DNA of 64,000 bases from Massalongia carnosa (Eukaryota): NCBI GenBank assembly GCA_965645245.1, contig OZ287071.1, positions 868,001 to 932,000 of the forward strand, read 5' to 3'. Positions 28,279 through 38,925 of the stretch are shown in pieces; the stretch's first letter is position 1; every line of letters begins with the position of its first letter. Under the pieces are notes generated by a model. It was not told where the DNA came from, made no database searches, and was given only the letters and a program-made list of their open reading frames with translations. The translations under genes and the position numbers were made by a program.

Positions 28279-28339
28279 AGGTAAATCCGATGGACCGCAC
28301 CCGGAGCGTAGCTCCGGGTGCGGTCCATCGGATTTACCT
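28279..28339. repeat. Perfect 29-bp inverted repeat with 3-nt GTA loop
   Basis: AGGTAAATCCGATGGACCGCACCCGGAGC-GTA-GCTCCGGGTGCGGTCCATCGGATTTACCT. Confidence 0.95.
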
Positions 28340-29295
28340 GTATGCTGCCACCTGCTTACATACTCTAAAGTTTATGTGATTGGGGAATTAGGTACTCCGT
28401 ACAAAGTAGTTATGTCACGATCGCGAATTCATTTGGATTCTGCAATCGCTACATTCTGCTACTACACTCCCCTCGAAATAAGGCCGGAAGAGCGAGAAGC
28501 AAAGCAGAAGATTCAAAAATCGACGTTTCGTGACATGTCCTTTGAGATTTGTTTAAACGGCACGTATACTCTAGATCGTGTCATATCAGCTGAAACACTT
28601 TCATCAAAGCCTCTTAAAATAATATTCCTTCATCTTCTTCATCTCCTTCCCGTATCTTTCGTTATCTTGCCCATGTCTAGCTTAAAAGTAAAGATCAAAA
28701 CGAGAAAGAAAAAATCGTGAAGAGCAAAGGTCTTTGGTTTCATGCTAACAAGCTGATGAATGAAGAACAAATATGAAAACGAAGTGGTACAGTAGATTTA
28801 ATGCATTATATTTCCGTAAATATGGATAGGCAAGGTAATCGGGAACAGTAACTAGAAACAAACAGCCGATTTTACTCGGTGTTACAGAGCACTAATCTGT
28901 ACTGCATGTGAGTTTTACAGCCTCCCACTGCATGTTAGATCACCTTCGTAGTACCTACTTGTATCCATATAACTCCACATCATATGTTTCATTCAGCTTT
29001 CTCCAATATATCTCATACGTCAATTTAATTAGCATGTGTTTACTAGATTGTTCAATTCTAGAGACGAGCTTAAGCTCACCCTAATACATAGACTCTAGAT
29101 TATTATACCATACGGATGACAGAATAGGTACCAGGTTCTTGAGAATCCCAATCCATCGGTATAAACCTTGGCAACTTCTTAGGATATATCTTTCAAAGGT
29201 CAATGAAGTCCAAGTGGTCAGCCAGAAAACTCTCCGTTAATAATTATCCTTATGCTCGTCGCAAACGGAATCCGAAAGGCCCACAACCTGCTTCT

Positions 29296-29799
29296 TTAGA
29301 ATAGTTTCATAGCCTGCTTTCGTTTTGCTTCGGTACGCTCTGCGGTCTACAAACTAATCAGCATGATACGCTTTTCAATGACCTCGCTTTTCGAGACTTT
29401 AACTAGATTCATACCCAGTCCTTCTTGCAATCCCGATATGCCCTGGTATCAAACATCACGATCGTTAATAAAAAATTCAAGTCAACCTATGTCAAATATC
29501 CTCAAACTTAAATTCCAACCTTATGACGTCTCTATCTACGCAAGGGAAAAAAAGGGGACAGACTGAAAGAAATCCGAGCAAAATTCCCTTTCTCCTCCAT
29601 TTCGGCGTAGACATCTCAAGCTCCGGGAAGCAGCTTCCTGGCATGGGTCGAAGTATTCACTGTTTCTCTTACTGGGGATTGTTAGTATCTAGAAATGTCA
29701 AGTTGTTCTTCAGAAGATGAATAGAGTCATTACAACGCACCTAGAGAACGTGTTCTCTGCCTTGGACCACGCTGATTCCTCTCTATCTGCTTCCGCCAT
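29296..29799 (-). CDS. COX23: Cytochrome c oxidase assembly factor Cox23 (twin CX9C/CHCH); exons 29799-29741, 29671-29564, 29442-29415, 29346-29296
   Basis: Hand-spliced: MAEADREESAWSKAENTFS/SKRNSEYFDPCQEAASRSLRCLRRNGGEREFCSDFF/QAYRDCKKDW/TAERTEAKRKQAMKLF*. Phases are consistent. Not in the ORF track. Confidence 0.9.
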
Positions 29800-30299
29800 A
29801 ACTGTACTTGTATTGATAATCTTTTGCTTTGGAAATGATGCTTTTAGTTGACTTTGATGAAGAAGCAAACATGATACGATGATTTAATGTCGAGGTACGC
29901 AGATGATCTTTACAAGTAAGTCAAACGCGTATTTACTAATTCTTGAAACTGACTAAAAGTACTAGCTTGGGGAAGTCAATGTAATATATCTGTGAATCCA
30001 GAGTATACTTAGATCAATACTCTTTATGTAAATAATCAACTACTCAAATAACCAACCAAACTGTCCTATCACTCTACAGTACCTTGTACTCCGTAATAAG
30101 TACAGTGCACCCTAATTACAATAAGCTGTTTTTTCTAGAGGATCAAATTGTTTCATCGTTATGAACAGATTCGCCAAACGGTATAGTAGATTAGCTGGCT
30201 TACTGATTTATCCTATCAAGCACCGCTTTGTCAACAGTAGTTTTACTAATTTTGTACTAGCTCGCTATTAAATTATGCTTACACTACCAGATCCGTGTC

Positions 30300-30516
30300 A
30301 TATTACCCAACATTACAGCACGGGTCACCTTGGGTAATGATGTGGGTAATAATTACCCAACTTTAATTTTAACGTCCAATATTACCCAACGTTACAGCAC
30401 CATCGCCTTGGGTAATGATGTGGGTAATGGTTACCCAACTTTAAGTTTAACATCCCATATTACCCAACGTTACAGCACCGTCACCTTGGGTAATGATTAC
30501 CCAACTTGAGTTTAAG
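30300..30516. repeat. Left subterminal array: ~78-bp unit x ~3 built from inverted TTACCCAA/TTGGGTAA motifs
   Basis: Units start ATATTACCCAAC(A/G)TTACAGCAC at ~30300, ~30379 and ~30457; the third unit is internally deleted. Confidence 0.9.
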
Positions 30517-30765
30517 TCAATAATATCGTACCCGAGCCAGCTTATCTCCTCCCTCCCCTCTCCTTACGAGAGGTTAGTAAGCAAACATTGACAAGCGCTA
30601 TTGTTTTGTTTGTTAATTTTCTTTTAATTTCCCAGATCCTGTCTTGAAGAAAATATTCTCCTTGCTTTCTCATCCTTCCATCTCTCGCAACCTCTTCCCT
30701 CTTCACAACCTCTTCTATCTTCCATCTCTTTCATCATTTGTTTCTATCTTTACACTCAATCAACA

Positions 30766-32433
30766 ATGGCTCCTCCCAATATTCATAAGCGAAAAGCAGT
30801 AAGATCTATTCCGACCAGGTCATATCGTAATTGCCTTCCGCATCAAAAACATCTGGCTCTCACCTGCTTGGTATCTACACTGGCAATTTGCGCCAATGCA
30901 TGTCTCTGTCTCTTAGTCCGTACAGACTATGCTTCTACGATATGATATAAATAATATTACATGTGGCCGGTGCAGATACCAAGCAGGTGGTGTTTCTGAT
31001 GCGGTAGGAAATCATAACATGACCTAACGGTTTGTTCAGCCATTATCATATATTGATCTTTGAATATTTAGACTCATGCTGGCTTGAACAATCTAGAGCT
31101 TTCAAATACGGCACCTTCAATGCGAAATGGAGACCCTTCGGCTTCTTTGGAGACTGGTACATCCGCATGGGACCTAGCCCTGGCAAGATTCATTTCCATG
31201 TTGATATAAGTAATTTACCATTCTAATTAAATTGTTAAAGGCACTTCTCTGGGTAATGCGCCGTCATCGTCGTCTTCAAATAACCCGCATCCTCGATCAG
31301 CAACCGACTCTACGCGATTACCGCTTGCTATGCAAAGTCCTGTATTTACATCAGAGCAAGCCGCTATCTTTCGATCGATTCAACGGGAAGATCTTTTGGA
31401 TCATGACCTTGTCGAAACTTTTATCAAGGTATGGCATGAACTTGTTGCCTCTCTTAATATGTATGTAATCGCACACGTCAATGTCTCATGTTTTATTTAG
31501 AACATGCTTTTTAATGATACATATTAGAGTTCCACGGGGTACCAACTAGCATCTATATACAAGCTTCAGTTGCAAAATAGGAAGGAGATCACACGGATTA
31601 AAAAGGAAGCCAAATCTACAAAATATGCCACAGAGCTGCGGGCGGTTTGTGTAATCTTTCAGAATAATACTTGTGGCTCATGTTTGCAGATAATCAGACC
31701 CATAATACGCCGACGCTTAACTTTGGAACGATACAAAGAAAGCACATGGAGCGATCCCAAGCAAGTATTAGTACGTTATCGTTAGGCTCGTTTGGTATTC
31801 CATAGCTAATACTGTCGTTAAGACCTCATTACGAGGTCATTTTCCTTCCGACCTAATACTTCTAGACAATGCTGTCGCTTTAGTGGGGAAAGTCCGCATA
31901 GAGAAAAAGGCTAAACTAAAGGAACGACTCCTCAAGTGTCAAGATGTTGTCGATAAACCTCTTGCGGATTTTGCCGAATGCCTAAGGTCAGAAGTGGACT
32001 CGGAGACCAAACATGTGGACAATGATATGTCTTTGTGGAAAGCAGCAGCTTGTTGGGTAGGCTTCCCTTCATATTGTTGTCTTGCATCTTGTTTATTGCA
32101 AAAGCTAATATCAATGAATGATAGAGATATGTTGTTCTTGAGCAGATGGAAAAGAAAGAAGGAAGTTTCTAGTTCCAGGTTGATAAGATTTTGATGAATA
32201 TAGACGCAGACTGGTACGTCAAACTGAATAACTCTTATCTTTTCTGTGGTAGAGTTTCTTCATGAACTAATTTGAACAGGGACTTTTATACTCCTGACGT
32301 ATTAGAGTATGGTCTTGCGTCTCTAAGTGACGGCTTAACTTTAGCTCAAAATCCCACTCTCGATACTACTTTAGATTCGAATAATACAACACCGCTGGCA
32401 GAGGATGAAGATAACGATAATTCTACTGAATAA
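30766..32433 (+). pseudogene. Element-borne gene of unknown function (~340 aa, 8-9 exons) with one in-frame TAG at 32170-32172
   Basis: Exons 30766-~30818, 30976-31003 (tentative), 31072-31156, 31241-31428, 31528-31644, 31690-31770, 31823-32056, 32125-32213, 32280-32433 join in phase at GT-AG sites. Confidence 0.7.
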
Positions 32434-32760
32434 GGCGAGTTGAGTTGTTCTAGGCTAGGAATTGATCCACTGGACGGTTGTTTCTTGATCGGTCGGACTG
32501 AGCTCAAAGAAAGGAAGGGGGGAAGGGCCGGGCAGACATAGACTGTACAGGTTTTATATATGAAGATAATGTGATCTGGGTATCATTGTCTATACGAGAA
32601 AGCCTAATCATTAGATATCCTCGAGACAGATTAAATACAAGTTTTTTCTTCGATTTTGATTCAGGATGCAGATTTGGCGGCGGCGCCAGTGAGCCTGTAA
32701 TATTGAGTCGCAAGCTCCAAACTAAGTTTAATGCATCATGAGTCATCATTATACGTTAAA

Positions 32761-32912
32761 TGAGGTAATGGTTACCCGATTGTTGGGTAATGGTTACCCA
32801 ATTATGCTCCTCATCATTATGTAACGTTATCCCCTCATGGTGGTAAAACATTGATAGAAAACATTACCCAACGTTACATAAGGATACAACCGTAACCATT
32901 AGGTAACGTTAT
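32761..32912. repeat. Right subterminal repeats of the CACTA-ended element
   Basis: GGTAATGGTTACCC twice, TTGGGTAA, ATTACCCAACGTTACA and GTAACGTTAT twice; same motif family as the left array. Confidence 0.8.
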
Positions 32913-33474
32913 GCAGATATGGTAGTGTAGTATGCTTTCTAGCTCACCAAAAAAACTAAACGATATCGGAATAGAGAAGTTATCGTCTAAGAAAATAATC
33001 GATTCCACGTAGTCAAATCGCTATAAGCAGATTATCAAGATCGCTATAGCCAGGGTGCACTGTAGATGCGATACAGATTGATTCATTGCAGAATATTAAC
33101 CTTGAGCGGGATGGTAGAGCTGATCGGGAATTCTTATATCTCCTTATTAAAATTCGCTTTCAGTTGCGGGGACAAGACTGGCTAACCATGACGAGAAATT
33201 TTGGTGCTTGGGCTAGAAGTGCGTATGATGGTTCAATGTGCATTGATGATGATGATGTATTCATACTCCGATATGACACCGGCCGTAGGCCGGCCCATGC
33301 GGGCAAAGCTATCTAAGTTATGTTACATGGAAAACCTTTCACAGGTGTAAAAACCATATCCCATGATAACCGTCCGATGTGACTACGGGTCGACGTCGGG
33401 CGGGAGACGCAGTGCAAAAGACGTGTGGGAACTGTAATGCCTTGTGAAAAGAGAAGAAAGAAAGAAAGGTTCAA

Positions 33475-36400
33475 CTACTGTTGATTGTACAATAATGTTG
33501 ATGCTAGTGAGAACTGATTCAATAAGCCTATTTTCATTAGCCAAGCAGTTAGTATCTTCAGAGTTTTTGATGATTCGGTCAGCTGCTGATAGTCGCTCGT
33601 GCCGGCGGCGCGAAACATCTGTTCTCTATTGTCAATAAGTCTGCAGAACATGATTACATGTTCTGGAGTTTGTCTGTGCCAGCCACATGAGCAGGCCGGT
33701 GAGGTGACGGAGGGCACCCGTCGCTTGTAGAGGAAGTCAGCTAACCCGATTTTGCCAGTGCGGATTTGAGTTGTTAGAGCGCTTTCTGCCTTTTTTAGCT
33801 GCGTGTGTATTTTCAGCCGTTTTTTGCTCAGTGGGACTGATTGTGCTATGGAGGGTTCGATGACGTGATTTTGATATGCGCACCACGAGTCGTTCCAGAC
33901 CTTCATTTGTCGTGCTTTAATTGTTTGCATCTGCTTGTGTCGGGCCGTTGCCGCAACGGTAGCTTCGCGGTGCCACGCCGGGTAGACTTCGAACCATGGT
34001 GGTTGTGCCTTTGGTGGTTGAACTATTTTGAGTCGATCAGTAGGCTTTTGGCCCAGATGTGTTTCAGCTCTCCCGGGGTGGGTTTTTGAAGTCGTTTGCG
34101 ACCTGCCTTGCCTCGAAGTTTTTCAGCTATTTTGTTGCATGCGGAGGAGATGATCTTCAATTGGCCTCCGGCTCGGAGCCGGTGCCTTGCCTGTGCTTGT
34201 AGCATGTCGAGATACGTGTCTATGGGCGCTATGAATGTCTCTACTTCTAGTACTGAGATGGGAGTAGCTTTAAAGGCACCGGCTATGGTGCGAAGGCAAT
34301 TGTTTTGCATGACGGAGAGCTTGCTCGTTGACGTTTTTGACTTTTTGACTTCTTTGGGCATGTGCCATACGGTTGACCTATATGTCATGGCCGGACGCAC
34401 CACGGCACTATAAACTTGCCTTGCCTTGGCGAAGGTGGCACCCCAGGTTGATGTGGAAATTTTTGTCAATGCCATGGATTGTTTGACCATTTTCTCTTGC
34501 GTTTTGCGAACGTGCGGTCCCCATTTCAATTTGGTGTCGATTTGTAGGCCCAATACTCTGATGTCCGTTTTTGGTTCAATTTCGGTGCTAGCAATATTGA
34601 TAGATGCAGTCATGTTGAATCTTTTGGGATTTCTGGACAAGTGTATGAGTTCGTACTTCGTCGGAGCAAATACGGATCCGTGCCGTGAAGCCCACGTCTC
34701 ACATTGTCTGTGTATTGCCTCTAGAGTTTTGCAGTTTTCCTCGGTGCTTTTCCATATGCCAAAATGTTTGCATCGTCTACGAATCCTATGGCACTTGTGT
34801 TTTTGCCTGGTCGATCACATATTTCCAATAGATCTGCATTTTAAAATAGGTAAAGAATGGATGACAGGGGAGAGCCCTGCGGGATACCCGTTCTTACCGC
34901 AAACCGCCCGGTGACTTTTCGATTTATTGCTAAAGTGGTGCTTCGATCGCTCAGAAAGCTGTTTAACCAGTCGGTGATCCATTTTGGAATTTTTCTTTTC
35001 CGTAGGTTGTGCGTTAGTCGTTGATGTGATACCGTATCGAACGCGCCGGCGACGTCCATGCTTAGCAGTGTGGCTACTTTGTCTTTTCCCTGTCCCCAAA
35101 TCGTGTGAACCTGTTCAGTTAGCAGTTCCAGTGCTGACTCTGTGGATCTGCCCTTCCTTGCTCCCATCTGTGTGTCGGGTAGGAGCCGGTGTGTTTCCGC
35201 TAGATAGGTTATTTTCGATCCAATGATGAATTCCATAACTTTACTGAGCGTGTTGAGCAGTGCAATTGGTCGGTAGGCTTTCGGCGTGGTATAGTCTCCT
35301 TTGCCTATTTTTTTCAGCGCTAATGTGTTTGCCATTTTGAAAGCCCGCGGGTGGTACGAGTGTGTGACTCACGCCTGAAACAGAGGTGTTAGTAGTTCGA
35401 CAAGTTTTTCGCTGCATGCTTTGAGTATTCTGTTAGATATGCCGTCTGGGCCCGGTGCCTTATCGGACTTGAGCCGACTCAGGGCCGTCGATACTTCTGA
35501 CTTGGTGATAATTATTGGGCAGTGCGGCGATGTAGGATAGAAGGATCCTTCTATGTCGCTTAGGTCGGCCGGTGGTGGTGCGGGAAAGAAGACACCTTTC
35601 AGCATTTCGGCTTTTTGGTCAAACGTGTCTGCTACTCGGTCATTGAATTTTAGCATCGGCATTTTGGATACTTCTCTAGATAGATGACTTTTGTCTTTGG
35701 CCCATTTCGCTAGCCGCCATAGTCCCGGAGGCGTTTCGGTGGCCTTACTGATTTCTTGACGAAAGTTTGTTCTCTTTGCGTTTTGAATGATTTTCTGTTT
35801 TTTATCATTGGATTTCATATAGTTAGACCAGTCCGTTAGGTCTAACGTGCTGGACCATATGCGGCGTAGTTTCCTTGTGGCTTTGGTGGCAATGCTGCAT
35901 TCTTCTGTCCAGAATGGCTTAGCATATTTGCTAGATTTTGCCCATGGAACTGCTTCATTGATGACATTTTGTAGAAACTTTTGAATCGATTCCGTGTACG
36001 CATCAATCTCGGCAGTGGTGCGGGGAGACTCTGGTATAGGGGCGTGTCGTTCGGCCTCCCTTAATTTTTCCAGGTTTAGAAGTTTCCATGCTCTGCGTTT
36101 GATTTTCGGTTGCGGTTCGCTTCCGAGTAGGATGCGGGTTGATATCGGTACGTGATCGGATGATTGATTCAATTCTGGTCTGGACATGCAGTGTTCGAGT
36201 CTTTCGGCTAGATATTCTGACATGAAAACCAAATCTATCGTGCTAGACGTGTTTCTTGCTTCCCATGTTACGGTGCCTTTCGGCAGTGTCAACGAAAGAT
36301 TATGATCATCGATTATTTCTAGTAATTGATCAGCAGCAGCGTGTTGTGTGGGTCTTGAGGGACCATTCCAAAAGGGATGATGCAGGTTGAAATCTCCAAG

Positions 36401-36838
36401 TAGTATGTGATGCGCATCGGCGGTAAGCATGCTCCGAGCCGCCGGTAAGGTCGTGGGACTGTCAGTGGATGAATAGGAGGCGGGAGAGGGGTTATACACA
36501 TTATGGACGTGAATTGTTTCCATAACGCCTTCGGTGTAGGTCTTTATTTTCAAAGTGCACATGTCGGCCGAGGTGAATTCCACCTCCCAGCTGTCAGTGT
36601 CTATTAGGTCGTTGACATAAAAGCACACTCTGGTGTCATCTCCTGGGCGGTATAGGAGGTGAAAGCCGCTTTGATGAGAACTAAGCGATGTGGGGGCGGA
36701 TGGATTGCGCCACGGTTCCTGTATTGCAATAATATCATAGTCCTGGGTGTTTGTGTCTGCTAAGAGGGGTATCATAGTACTCACTCTGTCATTTCTGACA
36801 TTATACTGCAATATAGAGAGGGATTTTGTGTCCCTCAT
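33475..36838 (-). pseudogene. LINE ORF2 (apurinic endonuclease - reverse transcriptase - zinc knuckle)
   Basis: APE: LQYNV, IAIQEPW, GDFNLHH, TIDL, SDH. RT: KAPGPDGI, YRPIALLNTL, LSMDVAGAFD, GIPQGSPLS, GFVDD. CSCG..QTPEHVIMFC. Stops at 35369 and 34841; -1 frameshifts near 34750 and 34025. Confidence 0.92.
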
Positions 36839-38322
36839 AGGATTTCCATCGTTTCGGCCGCTGTGTTCGATGTGAACTGAGTTCCTGCCGTTAATGCTAC
36901 GGAATCTGCACGAGGCTTACCCAGCACTGGTTTTGCTAAGCTCTTTACCATATTTTCAGGATTCATGATGCCTATATTAGCCCAGGTGGGTGCGTCGTCT
37001 CCCCGATGAGGGCCCGGGGGTGTGCCGGATGAGGGCGTAGCGTTGTGTATTTTTCTTCTCTTGCCGTTTACTATCTTCCACGTTGACGGAATTTCGTCCG
37101 TTTGTGTGACTGTGGGTGTCGACTCTCGTTGAAGTTGAAATTGAAATGAGGGCGGTTGTAATTCGATTGCATAGAGGGGGGCGCGGTTTTGCATTGCTAT
37201 TTCAGTTTTTCGCTTTTCAGCTTTTCAGACTTTGCATGCTGTAGACCATGCTTCGTGTCCCTTCTCTCCGCATACGACGCAACGGCGGTATTGCCCCGTT
37301 GTCTCCAGATTGCATTCTTTGCTTTGATGTCCACCGGCGCAGTGACCACAGGCGGCGGGATTGCGGCATGATCTACCGATGTGTCCGTATTTTTGGCAGT
37401 TGAAGCATTGAGTCATGGTGCAACCACGTGTAAAGCGCTCGCAGTCCTTTATTTCGTAGCTTTCCATTAGGCCCTCGGTAATGAGCCGGTTAGCCATCTC
37501 GGCGGTGGCGACCTCTATATGAAGCGTCGAGTACGCTTTTTTCTCTCTGATGGCCTTGATTGACCAGGCTATTTTAACGATCTTCAAGTTAGGGTGCAGG
37601 CGTGCGTTAGCGGCCTGAAGGTAGGTGATGGCTGTTGATTGATTGGCCACTTTGATGTTTTCCACCCTGATTCCATTCGCTCTTACGGTGAAGGTGCGGG
37701 TGTGCACCGCAGCTGAGGCGGCCACCATGCGGGTCCAATCGGTCTTCTCCTGCAGGGTCTTCTTTGCTTCCAATGACTCTGCGTGAATCCTGATGTCGCC
37801 GTTTAACAAACGCGACACTCCCCTTATTCCTTCAGCTCCATTTTGTAGTGTTTCTACCAACTCCTTGGTTGGCATTAGCTTCATTTTTTCCTTGTCCGCA
37901 TCCTCCGTGATGTGAACGGTGATTTCCCGGGCACGTCGCGCTTCTCTTGGTGTGGGTGCTTTGTCTTTGCGGGCCTGTTGAGGCTTGATGTTTTGGTTCT
38001 TTGGGGGTGCGGGCTCATCTCGGCCTTGCCCTGTGGCAGCAGCGGCATAGCTGCGAGGAGTGGTCTCATTGCGCTCTATGCGTGTCAATGATTGTTGGAT
38101 TGCCTGTAATGTGTCACCTATGTTGATGGGAGTTTCTGCAACTTTGTCATCGACTAGATTTTGCGCTTGCAAAATTTCCGCTGAGTTTCTCAGCAACTGC
38201 AACGCCTCCGGGTCACCAACAGTGCCCACTCGATTAAGATACTCCTTGATCTTTACGTGCAAACCTTTCCTCCTTTCGCTGTGCGCTCTCGAGAGCGCGT
38301 TTGATTGTTCGAGTGCAGTCAT
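36835..38322 (-). pseudogene. LINE ORF1 (gag-like nucleic-acid-binding protein)
   Basis: Starts MTALEQSN at 38322; knuckles CFNCQKYGHIGRSC, CGHCAGGHQSKEC, CVVCGEKGHEAWSTAC. A single in-frame TGA at 37225-37227, after which the frame continues into ORF 36835..37194. Confidence 0.88.
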
Positions 38323-38925
38323 TTTCCCCTTATCAATGTGCATTGATAATTCATCACGGACAAGTAATGGGACTAAAATGAAGCTATTAAATGTCTTGAT
38401 CAAAGTTAATTATATCTGCATTTCAGTTTGAAGAACGGGTCAACGCGAGAAACTCATGCCAAAAATGTTAGGTATGTGTTTATTGCGCTGCACCCGATAA
38501 CTACTCTGTATTTAAGAGATCTTATACTTCTTTATCGGATTTCTTTTCCCTTCGCTTCTCTTTCTCCGACGAATGATATATGAAAGCTTCACCCCATTTT
38601 TTACTCGTACGCCCCTATAGTTTCAAGTATTTGACTCGTTAAGACTCTGGGTTTCTGACAGCAATCTGCCAAGAGTCAACCTGTCGTATCTAACGTTGTT
38701 ATCCTTACAAAAAACCTGTTTCTGATATTTTCTCTGCGTTAGATAATCTCGAAAAGAAGTACTATAATGTGTACGAGCAGTTGCATATGCTTGAAACATC
38801 TAATGACGACTTATTTTGATATCAGGAGAAATCCAGAAATCCTTTTAACGTTTATGTAATGTCTCAGTCCTTGAAGCCCTTCGGGTACATAGGAACAATG
38901 AAACGAATGTACGCATTAAAAAAAG

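Larger units (their letters stand above)
30282..32927 (+). mobile_element. Non-autonomous CACTA/EnSpm(CMC)-like DNA transposon (2646 bp) carrying a multi-exon gene
   Basis: Ends CACTACCAGATCCG... and ...CAGATATGGTAGTG (21/30 ungapped TIR identity), flanked by TA on both sides. TTACCCAA/TTGGGTAA subterminal arrays at both ends. No DDE transposase seen. Confidence 0.75.
30103..33062. mobile_element. Degenerate Tc1/mariner/pogo-type MITE (~310 bp of its own sequence) split by the CACTA-ended insertion
   Basis: TA|CAGTGCACCCT at 30101 and AGGGTGCACTG|TA ending at 33064. The next 11 TIR positions differ only by transitions. Internal direct repeat ATCGTTATGAACAGATT / ATCGCTATAAGCAGATT. Confidence 0.7.
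33248..38332 (-). mobile_element. Tad1-clade-like non-LTR retrotransposon (LINE), near full length, with disablements
   Basis: 15-bp TSD TCAATGTGCATTGAT (33233-33247 and 38333-38347), (CAT)n 3' tail, ORF1 with three CCHC knuckles, ORF2 with APE + RT + C-terminal CCHC. Confidence 0.95.

Noticed and set aside
30300..30516. CRISPR-like array
   Set aside because: Eukaryotic context, whole units repeat with no unique spacers, and no cas genes. Better explained as transposon subterminal repeats.
33444..33638. Duplicated 64-aa plus-strand ORF (also 53105..53299)
   Set aside because: Antisense shadow of the LINE 3' end in both copies.
38323..38403. N-terminal extension of LINE ORF1 shown in the ORF track (start 38403)
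   Set aside because: It runs through the TSD into flanking host DNA from a non-ATG start; a chance open frame.
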